This document shows positions 56,172 to 64,000 of a DNA stretch of 64,000 bases, one piece after another. The notes below the pieces were generated by a model, which worked only from the letters and a program-made list of their open reading frames with translations, made no database searches and was not told the DNA's origin. The stretch covers positions 1,920,001 through 1,984,000 of the forward strand of contig OY970303.1 of NCBI GenBank assembly GCA_963716255.1, given 5' to 3'. Source of the stretch: an uncultured Gemmatimonadales bacterium (lineage in GTDB: Bacteria; Gemmatimonadota; Gemmatimonadetes; Longimicrobiales; Longimicrobiaceae). Each line of letters starts with the position of its first letter. Positions within the stretch are counted from its first letter, which is position 1. The position numbers and the translations under genes are program-made.

Positions 56172-57331
56172 CGCTCCCCCGCGACCCCTGGTTCTGGCCG
56201 GCGCTGGTCGCCGCCGTGTCCATGGCGGTGCTGTTCGCGGACGGGGTGCGCGGGGCGATGTCCCTGCGCCGCCTGCACCAGGTGCCCCCGGTGCCGGACG
56301 CGGAGGCGCCGCCCGTCTCGGTGGTGATCGCCGCGCGCGACGAGGAGCGCGGCATCGAGCACGCGCTGGCCTCGGTGCTGGCGCAGCGCTACGCGCCCCT
56401 GGAGGTGGTGGTGGTGGACGACCGCTCCACCGACGCCACGGGCGCCATCCTGGACCGCATGGCCGCGGCCGACCCGCGCCTGCGCGTGGTGCACGTGACC
56501 GAGCTGCCCGCCGGCTGGCTGGGGAAGAATCACGCGCTGCAGGTGGGCGCGGCGGAGGCCGCCGGCGACTACGTGCTGTTCACCGACGCCGACGTGGTGA
56601 TGGAGCCGGACACCCTGGCCCGCGCGATCGGGCTCATGCGCGCGGAGGGGATCGACCACGTGGCGGCCGCGCCGCGGGTGGAGCTGCCCTCGCTGGCGCT
56701 GCGCGTATTCGTCGTCCTGTTCTCGCTGTTCTTCGCCATCGCCTTCCGCCCGTGGAAGCTGCGCGACCCCCGCAGCCGCGCGCACATCGGCATCGGCGCC
56801 TTCAACCTGGTGCGGACCCGGGCGTACCGCGCCGCGGGCGGGCACCTCCCCATCCGCATGCGCCCCGACGACGACCTGAAGCTGGGAAAGCTGATGAAGA
56901 AGCACGGCTTCCGGCAGGACTTCGTGGTCGCCACGGAGTCGCTGCGGGTGGAGTGGTACCGGACGTTCGGGGAGCTGGTGCGCGGTCTGATGAAGAACGG
57001 CTTCGCGGGGATGGACTACCGGCTCTCGTGGGTGGTGGGGACCACGGCCGCGCACCTGCTGGTGTTCGTCCTCCCCTGGGTGGCGGTGTGGCTCACGGGG
57101 GGCGCGGCGCAGCTCCTCTTCGGGGCGGCGGTGCTGCTGGCTTTCGTGATGTACGCCGGGGCGGCGCGGGCGCAGGGGGTGAGTCCTCTCTACGGCGTGT
57201 TCTTCCCGGTCGCCACGCTGGTGTTTCTGTACATCGTGTGGCGCGCGGCGGTGGTGACGATCGCCGGCGACGGGATCGACTGGCGGGGGACGCACTACGC
57301 GCTGGACGAGCTGCGCGCGAACGAGGTGTAG
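56168..57331 (+). CDS. Glycosyltransferase family 2 (HpnB/CrtQ-like)
   Basis: VIAARDEE, VDDRSTD, LPAGWLGK, LFTDAD; N- and C-terminal TMs. Confidence 0.92.
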   Translation: MTLPRDPWFWPALVAAVSMAVLFADGVRGAMSLRRLHQVPPVPDAEAPPVSVVIAARDEERGIEHALASVLAQRYAPLEVVVVDDRSTDATGAILDRMAAADPRLRVVHVTELPAGWLGKNHALQVGAAEAAGDYVLFTDADVVMEPDTLARAIGLMRAEGIDHVAAAPRVELPSLALRVFVVLFSLFFAIAFRPWKLRDPRSRAHIGIGAFNLVRTRAYRAAGGHLPIRMRPDDDLKLGKLMKKHGFRQDFVVATESLRVEWYRTFGELVRGLMKNGFAGMDYRLSWVVGTTAAHLLVFVLPWVAVWLTGGAAQLLFGAAVLLAFVMYAGAARAQGVSPLYGVFFPVATLVFLYIVWRAAVVTIAGDGIDWRGTHYALDELRANEV

Positions 57332-57336
57332 GAAGG

Positions 57337-57508
57337 GGCAAGCCTTCGCTCATCGCAGCCACGGAAGGTGCGACGCTCCTGACCCCGGCTTCCGTTCCCT
57401 GGGAGATCGGCTTCGTCGTCTCCCCCTGATGTGGAGGGTATCGATCTCCACATCACACGAGATGAGATCGTCAGCTTCGTGCGGGAGAGCAGGCGGGAAT
57501 ACGGTTGA
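57337..57508 (+). pseudogene. Relic of a Phd/YefM-like antitoxin C-terminus
   Basis: SPPDVEGIDLHITRDEIVSFVRESRREYG* with no intact start; lower GC. Confidence 0.4.
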
Positions 57509-57599
57509 TTCGTCGAAGGCGAAGCAGAAGAATGCAGGTTGTTCAGGGGCAATTTCCCGCAAGAAGCCGTTTGGCAGTCCGGACAACCGTCGGCTCCCC

Positions 57600-57800
57600 T
57601 GCCACCTCCACTCCTCTTCATCCCACACGGCAGAGCCGGCTTCATTCGGTTCGAGCAGAACGTCGTCTCCTCGTGCCGTCATCGACCGGAAAGCCTCTTC
57701 CCAACCCTGCCGTAGCCGCCGGTCCGCACGGGTCGTGATGCGCCCGGCTCGGGATTCGGCCTCGACTTCCTCCGCCAGATGGTTCTGCGTGGGCAGTGAC
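57600..57800 (-). pseudogene. Relic of an AbrB/MazE-type antitoxin
   Basis: LAEEVE..RQGWEEAFRSMTARGDDVLL..WDEEEWRW; AbrB N-terminus and stop are missing. Confidence 0.55.
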
Positions 57801-57879
57801 TCCGCGGTGCCAATGGACGGAGAGTCACTCGTTCGCACGGGTGACTCTCCGTCCTGTTCGGCCCCCGTGGTCTGCTGCG

Positions 57880-58602
57880 TCACCAGTCCACCAGGTCGAT
57901 GGTGCGCAGGGTGCGCTTGCCCGCGGCCAGCGCCTCGATGTAGTTCACGGTGTAGACGCGCAGCATGGTGTTCTGCGGGAACCACTCCAGCATGTAGATG
58001 TCGCCGGGGGGAATCCCGCGGAGCTGCTCCACCCCGCCGTACGCGCGCACCTCGTTGATGTACACGACGATCCCCTGCCGCCGCCCGCGCGAAAATACGC
58101 ACGAGTCGGGCAGCTCCGGCGGGCACTCCTGGAAGTTGAACTTGAGCATGGCGGCCTGGGCGGCGTTGGAGTAGCCGGCCATGGCGATCTCCTCGTGCGT
58201 CGTGGCGAGCGACGCGACGGGGACGCGGCTGCGGCGCTCGGTGAGCTTGTTGGCGCTCACGGTGATCGCCTCCAGCATGACGGAGCGCGGGAGGAGCACC
58301 ACGTCCAGCCGGTCGCCCTCGGCCAGCTCCACCTCCTCGGTGAGGCGGGCGTAGCCCAGCCGGTCGAAGCTGAAGACGTGCGCGCCCGCCGGGAGGGTGA
58401 TGATGAACCGCCCCATGGAATCGGTCGCGGCGGAGGTCCGCAGCGAGGGCACAGCCACCCGGGCGCCGATGATGGGCGCCCCGGAGCGGGAGTCCGACAC
58501 GCTCCCCCGCACGGTGATCGGGGCGGCTGCGGGGTCCTGCGCCGCGGCCGGGAGGCGGCAGAGCAGCAGCAGGGCGGCCAGAGCGGCGAGTTTGGCGCGC
58601 AT
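57880..58602 (-). CDS. Secreted protein with a carboxypeptidase-like regulatory domain and plug-like C-domain
   Basis: Signal peptide, GSVSDSRSGAPIIGARV, TDSMGRF, RLGY, LEAITV. Confidence 0.8.
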   Translation of the reverse strand: MRAKLAALAALLLLCRLPAAAQDPAAAPITVRGSVSDSRSGAPIIGARVAVPSLRTSAATDSMGRFIITLPAGAHVFSFDRLGYARLTEEVELAEGDRLDVVLLPRSVMLEAITVSANKLTERRSRVPVASLATTHEEIAMAGYSNAAQAAMLKFNFQECPPELPDSCVFSRGRRQGIVVYINEVRAYGGVEQLRGIPPGDIYMLEWFPQNTMLRVYTVNYIEALAAGKRTLRTIDLVDW

Positions 58603-58849
58603 GGCTGGACCGGGGTGCGGGTGAATGCCTGGGTCCGGGTCGGGCGAGGACGATGGGGTCGAGCGCCGGAGCCCGCGCCGCGAGAGGCGTGCCGCCCGGC
58701 GGCGGGGCGGCGGGCGCGCGGAGCGGGACGGCGGCGGCGCGGCGCGGGGGAGCACGCGAGGTCGCGAGCGGCGCGCCCCCGATGCAATGTGGGGCGGGGG
58801 GCCCGGCGCGCAAGAGAATCGTGCGACCGGGCCATTTCTTAGCGGACGG

Positions 58850-61800
58850 CTACTCCCGCAGGCGGATGCCGGTGCTCCCCTCGCCCAGCACCTCCTCCGC
58901 GAGGAGCGCGTCGATCGCGGCCCCGATGGCCGCGTCCAGCGTGGGGCCGGTGCGGCCGAAGCCGAAGAGGCGGCGCACCCCGGCCGTGAGCGCCTTGCGG
59001 TCCACCCCGTCGCCGGCGCGGAGAAGGCGCAGCACGGCGGCGCGGAACTCCTCCGGGGCGATGCGCTCGGCGGGGATCCGGGTGCCGGCGCGGGTGCGGA
59101 CCGGCACCTCCCGCGCGCCCGCCGCGTGCACGAACTCGCCGCGCACCTCCACCCGCCCGCGCTTCGCCAGCGCCTCCGCCACCTCGCGCACCCGCTGCAT
59201 CATCCGCGGGCCCACGCGCTCGCACCCCCAGCGCGCCACCACGCGCGCGGCCAGGTCGGCCAGGTGAAGCGGCGCCTCCACCGCGGCCACCTCCTCCACG
59301 GCGCGGCCCACCAGCGGCGCGGGCGCGGCGTTGAAGTCGCCCTCGTGCGCCACCCCGTCCGGCGCGAAGGCGTACGGCTCCCCCTGCGCCCCGGCGGGCA
59401 CCGCCTCGGTCTCCACCCCGGCCTCTTCGCCGTCCGCGTCCGGCAGCTCCGCGACGGCCGACGCGGCGGGAGCAGTGTTCGTCGGCAGGCCCGACTCCGC
59501 CGGCGCCTCCTCCGGGGCGGCGGCCGCGTCCGCCGCGGCGCGCCGCCGGGCCTCCTCGCGGGAGCGCCCGATCAGCTCCAGCAGCCGGGCGGCCTGCCCC
59601 TCGCGGTCCTTGAACCAGTCGGTGGACCAGAGGCGGTGCAGGGTCCAGCCGCGCGCCTCCAGCACCTGCTGCCGCAGCCGGTCGCGGTCGCGCGCCGACT
59701 CCGAGGCGTGGTACGCCACCCCGTCGCACTCGATGCCGCACACGTAGCGCCCGGGCACCTCGTCGTCCACCACCCCGAAGTCGATGCGGTAGCCGGCCAC
59801 CCCCACCTGCGGGTGCAGCACGACCCCGCGCCGCGCAAGCTCCGCCTGCACTTCGCGCTCGAAGGGGGATCCCTCCTCCGCGCCGGTAGGGGCCGCACTG
59901 ACCTCCAGCCGGCCGTGCTCCGCGTACACCAGGAACTCGCGCAGCAGCCGCGGCCCCTGCGATGCCGCGTGCGTGGGGTTGATCTCCTCGCCGCGCATGG
60001 ACGAGAACACCCGCATCCCCTGGCGGGCGCGCGTGGTGAGCACGTTGAGGCGGCGCCAGCCGTTCTCGCCGTTGAGCGGCCCGAAGTTGTAGCGCAGCAC
60101 GCCGTCCGCGTCCTTTGCGTAGGTGACGCTGAGGAAGATGACGTCGCGCTCGTCGCCCTGGATGTTTTCCAGGTTCTTGACGAAGAACGGCTCGCCCCGG
60201 TCCCGCGCGAAGAACGGCTCCAGCGAGGGGTCGGCGCGGCGGCGGGCCTCCAGCTCGTCCTGGATGGCGAGCTGCTGGCGCAGGTTGAAGGTGCCCACGC
60301 CCAGCGACGTCCCGGGGTGCTCCTTCGCGTGGCGCACCACCGCGTCGGCAACCCGGCGCGCCTCCACCAGGTTGAGCCCCTTTCCCTCGTACACCCCGTC
60401 CGCCACGTGCTCGAAGGAGAGCCCCGCCGCGTGCCCCGCCGTTTCCACGCTGGGAAAGGTGTACAGCTCGGCGTCGTAGAAGCTGACGTTGGAAAAGCTG
60501 ATCAGCGACTCGTGCGCGCTGCGGTAATGCCAGCGCAGCCGGGTGCGTGGCGATCCGGAGCCCATGAACTCCTCCAGGATGCTCTCGCTGTCCTCGAAGA
60601 GCGGGACCCCCTCCTCGTCGACCGGGGCGGCCACCGTGCCGCTCATCACCGCGAAGAAGTTGGTGGGGGGGAGCTGCTTGGGGTCGCCCACCACCACCAG
60701 CTGCTTCCCCCGCCCGATGGCGCCCACGGCGTCCTCCGCCGGGAGCTGGCTCGCCTCGTCGAACACCACCAGGTCGAAGGCCCCGGTCCTTCCCTCCAGG
60801 AGCTGCGCCACGGTGAGCGGGCTCATCATGAACACCGGCTTGATGGCGCGGACGGTGGCGTACGAGCGCTGCAGCGTGGTGCGCAGCGGGCTCAGCCCCC
60901 GCTGCAGGGTGAGCTGCCGGCGCAGGAAGGGGAGCCCCCCGGCCGCCGCGGGCTCGCGGAGGCGCGCCTGCACGCGGTCGCGGACGGTTGCCACCAGCCG
61001 GGCCCGGTTCTCCTCCAGCACGCGCCGGTCGAGCCGGCGGAACTCGGCGACGCGCTCCTCGTGCGTGAGGGTGTGGAAGGCGCGCAGGGGCTCGCGCTCG
61101 CGCACCACCTCGCCCAGCCAGCGCTGCAAAAAGGCGCGCCGCAGCGCGGGCGCCAGCTGGTCGAAGGCCACCTCGCCGCGCATGGCCGGCTCCAGCAGCT
61201 CGGCGGCCAGCCCCGCGGCCACGCGCGCCCTCACCGACTCGAATGCCGCCCAGCGCGGCGCCAGCCCCAAGGCGTCGTGCATCGCCGCGAGGCGCGCGGC
61301 GACCTCCGCCAGCGGGTCGGCGGCCAGGTAGTCCGCCGGCCATCCCACGTGCGCGCGCAGCTCCGCCAGCTCCCGCTCCAGCGCCGCGGACTCGTCGCGC
61401 AGCGCCTGCACGGCGGACACGTCCGGCCGCGGCTGCGCCGCCGTGGCGATGGCCTGCTCGCGCAGCCCGTGCGCCACGCACAGCCCGCGGAACTCCACCA
61501 CCCAGCGGACGTAGCCGTCCAGCGCCTCCCAGTCGGAGCGCTCGCCCTGCCATAGCCCGCCGAACAGCTCGCGCGCCTGCGCGTCGTCCGCGGCGAGCGC
61601 CGCCCGCTCGCGCCGCAGCGCGTCCACCTTCCGCATCTCCCCCGCCTGGTCCAGCAGCGAGCCGGAGTACCCGGGAAGGCGGTAGGCCAGCCAGCGGCGC
61701 TTGACGGCGCGGTGCCGGCCGCTGAGGAAGTTGAGGAAGCGGAAGGGGCTGGTCTCCCTGGCCTCCATGAAGGCCGCGTCCCCGGCGTGGTCCTGCTCCA

Positions 61801-63781
61801 GCGCGTCGGCGCCGAAGCGCGACTCCACCCGCTCGCGAAGCTCCCCCAGCTTCCGGCCGCGCTCCACGAAATCCAGCGCGCGCGGCGGCGGCGAGTTCCA
61901 GGCGTCGCTGTGCAGCACGGCGAGCGGCGCCCCCGGCGAGCGGGCCAGCACCTCGCCCACCGCAACGGCCGTGCGCACCTCGGCGGCGGTGCGCACGGGC
62001 GGCAGGCTCAGCTCGGCCTCTACCCGGGCCGCCAGCTCCACGACGCGCGCCAGCCTGTCGCGCAGCCCGCCCAGGGCGTCGCGGGCGGTGTCCAGGTCGT
62101 GCTCGGTGTACAGGGCGCGCGTGGTGTCGCGCCACGGGTGCCCGGCGGGCTCGCCCACCCCGCGCACGGCCGCCGCCAGGTCGCCCAGCTCGCGCACGGC
62201 GGTCTCCAGCACCGCCCGCGTCACCTCCCCGAGGGGAGGAGTGAGCTTCACCTTGGGGGCGGCGAGCACCTGCTCCAGCTCGCCGTAGGCGCGGAAGGGG
62301 GAGATGGCGAGCACGCCGTGCGGCGCGTGCACCGCCCGCGCGTAGGCCGTCAGCTCGGCGCGCACCGTGGCCAGGCGCGGCGCGGAGGAGTCCCCGGCCC
62401 TGGCGCGCTGGAGCGAGGCGTCCAGCGCGGCCGCGATCTCCTTCATCACCGCGCGCTTGTTGGCCTTGGTGGAGTGCAGCTCCAGGCAGAACTCGCCCAG
62501 CCCGGCCTGCACCAGCCGCGAGTGCACCACTTCCAGCGCCGCCATCTTTTCCGCGACGAAGAGCACCGACTTGTCCTCGGCCAGCGCCTGCGCGATCAGG
62601 TTGGTGATGGTCTGCGACTTCCCCGTCCCCGGCGGCCCCTCCAGCACGAGGTCGTGTCCGCGGCTCACCGCCAGGATGGCGCGCAGCTGCGTGGAGTCGG
62701 CGTCCACCACCTGCGCCGTGGCCTCCGGCGGGAACTCGCGGTCCAGCTCGGCGGTGCGCACCTCGTCCGGGAGGCTGCGGATCTCGCCGCCGCTGCGCAG
62801 CACCACCTGCCTCACCAGCCGGTGCGCGCCCAGGGCGTCGGCGTTGGCCTCCAGGTCGCGGTACATCACGAACTTCTGGAAGGAGAAAAAGGACAGGTAC
62901 ACGTCCGTCTTCACCTGCCACCCCTCCTGCTCCGCCACCGCGGCGAGGGTGGCGCGGAAGAAGTCCTGGAGGTCGTACGTCTCGGGGAGGTCCGTGAGGT
63001 CGGGGAGCTCGGGGAGCGTGACGCCGTGCGTGCGATGGAGGTATTCGGCCAGCGCCGGGTTGACGATGGGGTCGTCCTCGGCGGCCCGGAGGGTGTAGCC
63101 CGCGCGCGCGTTGCCGCGGGCGAGCGCCACCGGGAGGAGCACCAGCGGCGCCCGCAGCACGGTCTTCTCCTTCGCCTCCGCCTCGCGGTAGTGGAGCATC
63201 CCCAGCGCCAGGAAGAGCGTGTTGACGCCCTGCTCCTCCAGGCTGGCGCGGGCCTGCTCGTCGATGCGCCGCAGCGACTTGTCCAGCGCCTCCGGGTCGG
63301 CCGTGGTCTGGAGCACGTCGTCCCTGTGCCGGACGTCCAGCCCGGTCGCCTCGTAGGGGACGAAGTCCAGCGAGGGCCCCGCCTCCTCCACCATGTCCTC
63401 CTCCGGCACGTCGCCCTCCGCCGCGGCGGCGGGGAGCGGCGGCGGGATCGTGGCATCCGCGGGCCATGGCGCCGGTCCTCCCGCGCCGGGCACGGCCGGC
63501 GCCACCGGCTCGGGCGGCGGCGGGGGCGGAGCCGGCTGGAAGCGCATTGCCTTTTCGCGCAGGTAGAGGTGCCGGAACGCCTCCGCCGGCTGCTCGTCCA
63601 CGATGGCGAGGGTGGTGACCTTGTTGGGCTTGAAGTTCAGGGCGCGGTTGCGCTTGCTGACGTCCAGGAGCTTCCGCTTCCAGTTCTGGAGCGTCGCGGC
63701 GACGCGCGCGTCGTCGGGCTCGGGCGCGGCAGGGCTGCCGGCGTCGGATCCCGCTGCGAGGTCCGGCTGGGTGGTGGACAT
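58850..63781 (-). CDS. DUF4011-SF1 helicase-Vsr/REase-DUF3320 protein (Hhe-like)
   Basis: WKRKLLDVSKRNRALNF, EEQGVNTLFLALG, GPPGTGKSQT, FDEASQ, GDPKQLPP, HYRS, QGDERD, RRLNVLTTRAR, SPFE..YRIDFG..IECDG..H..RDRLR..WSTDW. Confidence 0.9.
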   Translation of the reverse strand: MSTTQPDLAAGSDAGSPAAPEPDDARVAATLQNWKRKLLDVSKRNRALNFKPNKVTTLAIVDEQPAEAFRHLYLREKAMRFQPAPPPPPPEPVAPAVPGAGGPAPWPADATIPPPLPAAAAEGDVPEEDMVEEAGPSLDFVPYEATGLDVRHRDDVLQTTADPEALDKSLRRIDEQARASLEEQGVNTLFLALGMLHYREAEAKEKTVLRAPLVLLPVALARGNARAGYTLRAAEDDPIVNPALAEYLHRTHGVTLPELPDLTDLPETYDLQDFFRATLAAVAEQEGWQVKTDVYLSFFSFQKFVMYRDLEANADALGAHRLVRQVVLRSGGEIRSLPDEVRTAELDREFPPEATAQVVDADSTQLRAILAVSRGHDLVLEGPPGTGKSQTITNLIAQALAEDKSVLFVAEKMAALEVVHSRLVQAGLGEFCLELHSTKANKRAVMKEIAAALDASLQRARAGDSSAPRLATVRAELTAYARAVHAPHGVLAISPFRAYGELEQVLAAPKVKLTPPLGEVTRAVLETAVRELGDLAAAVRGVGEPAGHPWRDTTRALYTEHDLDTARDALGGLRDRLARVVELAARVEAELSLPPVRTAAEVRTAVAVGEVLARSPGAPLAVLHSDAWNSPPPRALDFVERGRKLGELRERVESRFGADALEQDHAGDAAFMEARETSPFRFLNFLSGRHRAVKRRWLAYRLPGYSGSLLDQAGEMRKVDALRRERAALAADDAQARELFGGLWQGERSDWEALDGYVRWVVEFRGLCVAHGLREQAIATAAQPRPDVSAVQALRDESAALERELAELRAHVGWPADYLAADPLAEVAARLAAMHDALGLAPRWAAFESVRARVAAGLAAELLEPAMRGEVAFDQLAPALRRAFLQRWLGEVVREREPLRAFHTLTHEERVAEFRRLDRRVLEENRARLVATVRDRVQARLREPAAAGGLPFLRRQLTLQRGLSPLRTTLQRSYATVRAIKPVFMMSPLTVAQLLEGRTGAFDLVVFDEASQLPAEDAVGAIGRGKQLVVVGDPKQLPPTNFFAVMSGTVAAPVDEEGVPLFEDSESILEEFMGSGSPRTRLRWHYRSAHESLISFSNVSFYDAELYTFPSVETAGHAAGLSFEHVADGVYEGKGLNLVEARRVADAVVRHAKEHPGTSLGVGTFNLRQQLAIQDELEARRRADPSLEPFFARDRGEPFFVKNLENIQGDERDVIFLSVTYAKDADGVLRYNFGPLNGENGWRRLNVLTTRARQGMRVFSSMRGEEINPTHAASQGPRLLREFLVYAEHGRLEVSAAPTGAEEGSPFEREVQAELARRGVVLHPQVGVAGYRIDFGVVDDEVPGRYVCGIECDGVAYHASESARDRDRLRQQVLEARGWTLHRLWSTDWFKDREGQAARLLELIGRSREEARRRAAADAAAAPEEAPAESGLPTNTAPAASAVAELPDADGEEAGVETEAVPAGAQGEPYAFAPDGVAHEGDFNAAPAPLVGRAVEEVAAVEAPLHLADLAARVVARWGCERVGPRMMQRVREVAEALAKRGRVEVRGEFVHAAGAREVPVRTRAGTRIPAERIAPEEFRAAVLRLLRAGDGVDRKALTAGVRRLFGFGRTGPTLDAAIGAAIDALLAEEVLGEGSTGIRLRE

Positions 63782-63935
63782 CGGCTGGGGTTCGTGGGGT
63801 GGCGCGGAGACTGCCGCGGCCCGGGAGGCGGGCCGCCACTCAGGTTACGGGGCGACGCGGGAGGAAACAAGGAGGGATCCACCGGACCCAACCGGCGGCC
63901 AGGGGTTGCCGGAGCCGGGGGACGCGCTACCGCCC

Positions 63936-64000
63936 GCGTGAGGGATTTCGGCCCGAAAGGGCGAGACCCGGCGGCAGTTTGCCGGGGCTCGACTCCGTTA
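63936..64000 (+). repeat. Repeat family A, copy 8 (cut by the window edge)
   Basis: GCGTGAGGGATTTCGGCCCG..GAGACCCGGC-GGCAGTTT-GCCGGGGCTCGACTCCGTTA. Confidence 0.9.

Noticed and set aside
7193..63839. Many long Arg/Gly/Pro-rich ORFs (e.g. 12475-16074+, 20584-24195+, 58625-61555+, 58839-63839-)
   Set aside because: Shadow or alternative frames of real genes, caused by stop-codon scarcity in high-GC DNA
9897..64000. Repeat families as a CRISPR array
   Set aside because: Copies are dispersed kilobases apart with no repeat-spacer periodicity and no cas genes
9897..64000. Family A as a riboswitch or integron attC sites
   Set aside because: Orientation is independent of neighbouring genes, some copies lie between convergent genes, the flanking genes are ordinary chromosomal genes, and no integron integrase is present

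Overview
Very GC-rich bacterial chromosomal DNA. Gene style suggests Gemmatimonadota (Longimicrobium-like), but this is an inference. The window holds about 50 genes: cspA, a stand-alone infA, pyrE, a DUF4129/DUF4350/MoxR/DUF58 operon split by a ~4 kb insert, two TonB-dependent receptors, M13 and M16 peptidases, a UbiB/ABC1 kinase, an aminotransferase, a PLP decarboxylase, an MFS transporter, an acyltransferase and a GT2. It also has two complete IS elements (IS982-like, IS1380-like) with readable inverted repeats and target duplications, RelE/ParE toxin-antitoxin modules and relics, and three families of dispersed palindromic repeats. No rRNA, tRNA or CRISPR array was seen. Most notable: (1) a cytoplasmic TPR protein paired tail-to-tail with a lipoprotein carrying six copies of a GxGxxGSGH-like peptide, next to two HTH-like genes, a candidate RRNPP-like peptide signalling system in a diderm; (2) a low-GC WD40-Roc-COR-Zn ribbon-metallophosphoesterase gene interrupted by IS1380, a candidate immune protein; (3) two tandem secreted CS-alpha-beta defensin-like peptides; (4) two repeat families with covarying stems that share one hairpin module; (5) a promoter-to-terminator unit encoding only a 19-aa ORF behind a 13-nt perfect Shine-Dalgarno. 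All assignments come from reading motifs by eye; no searches were run.
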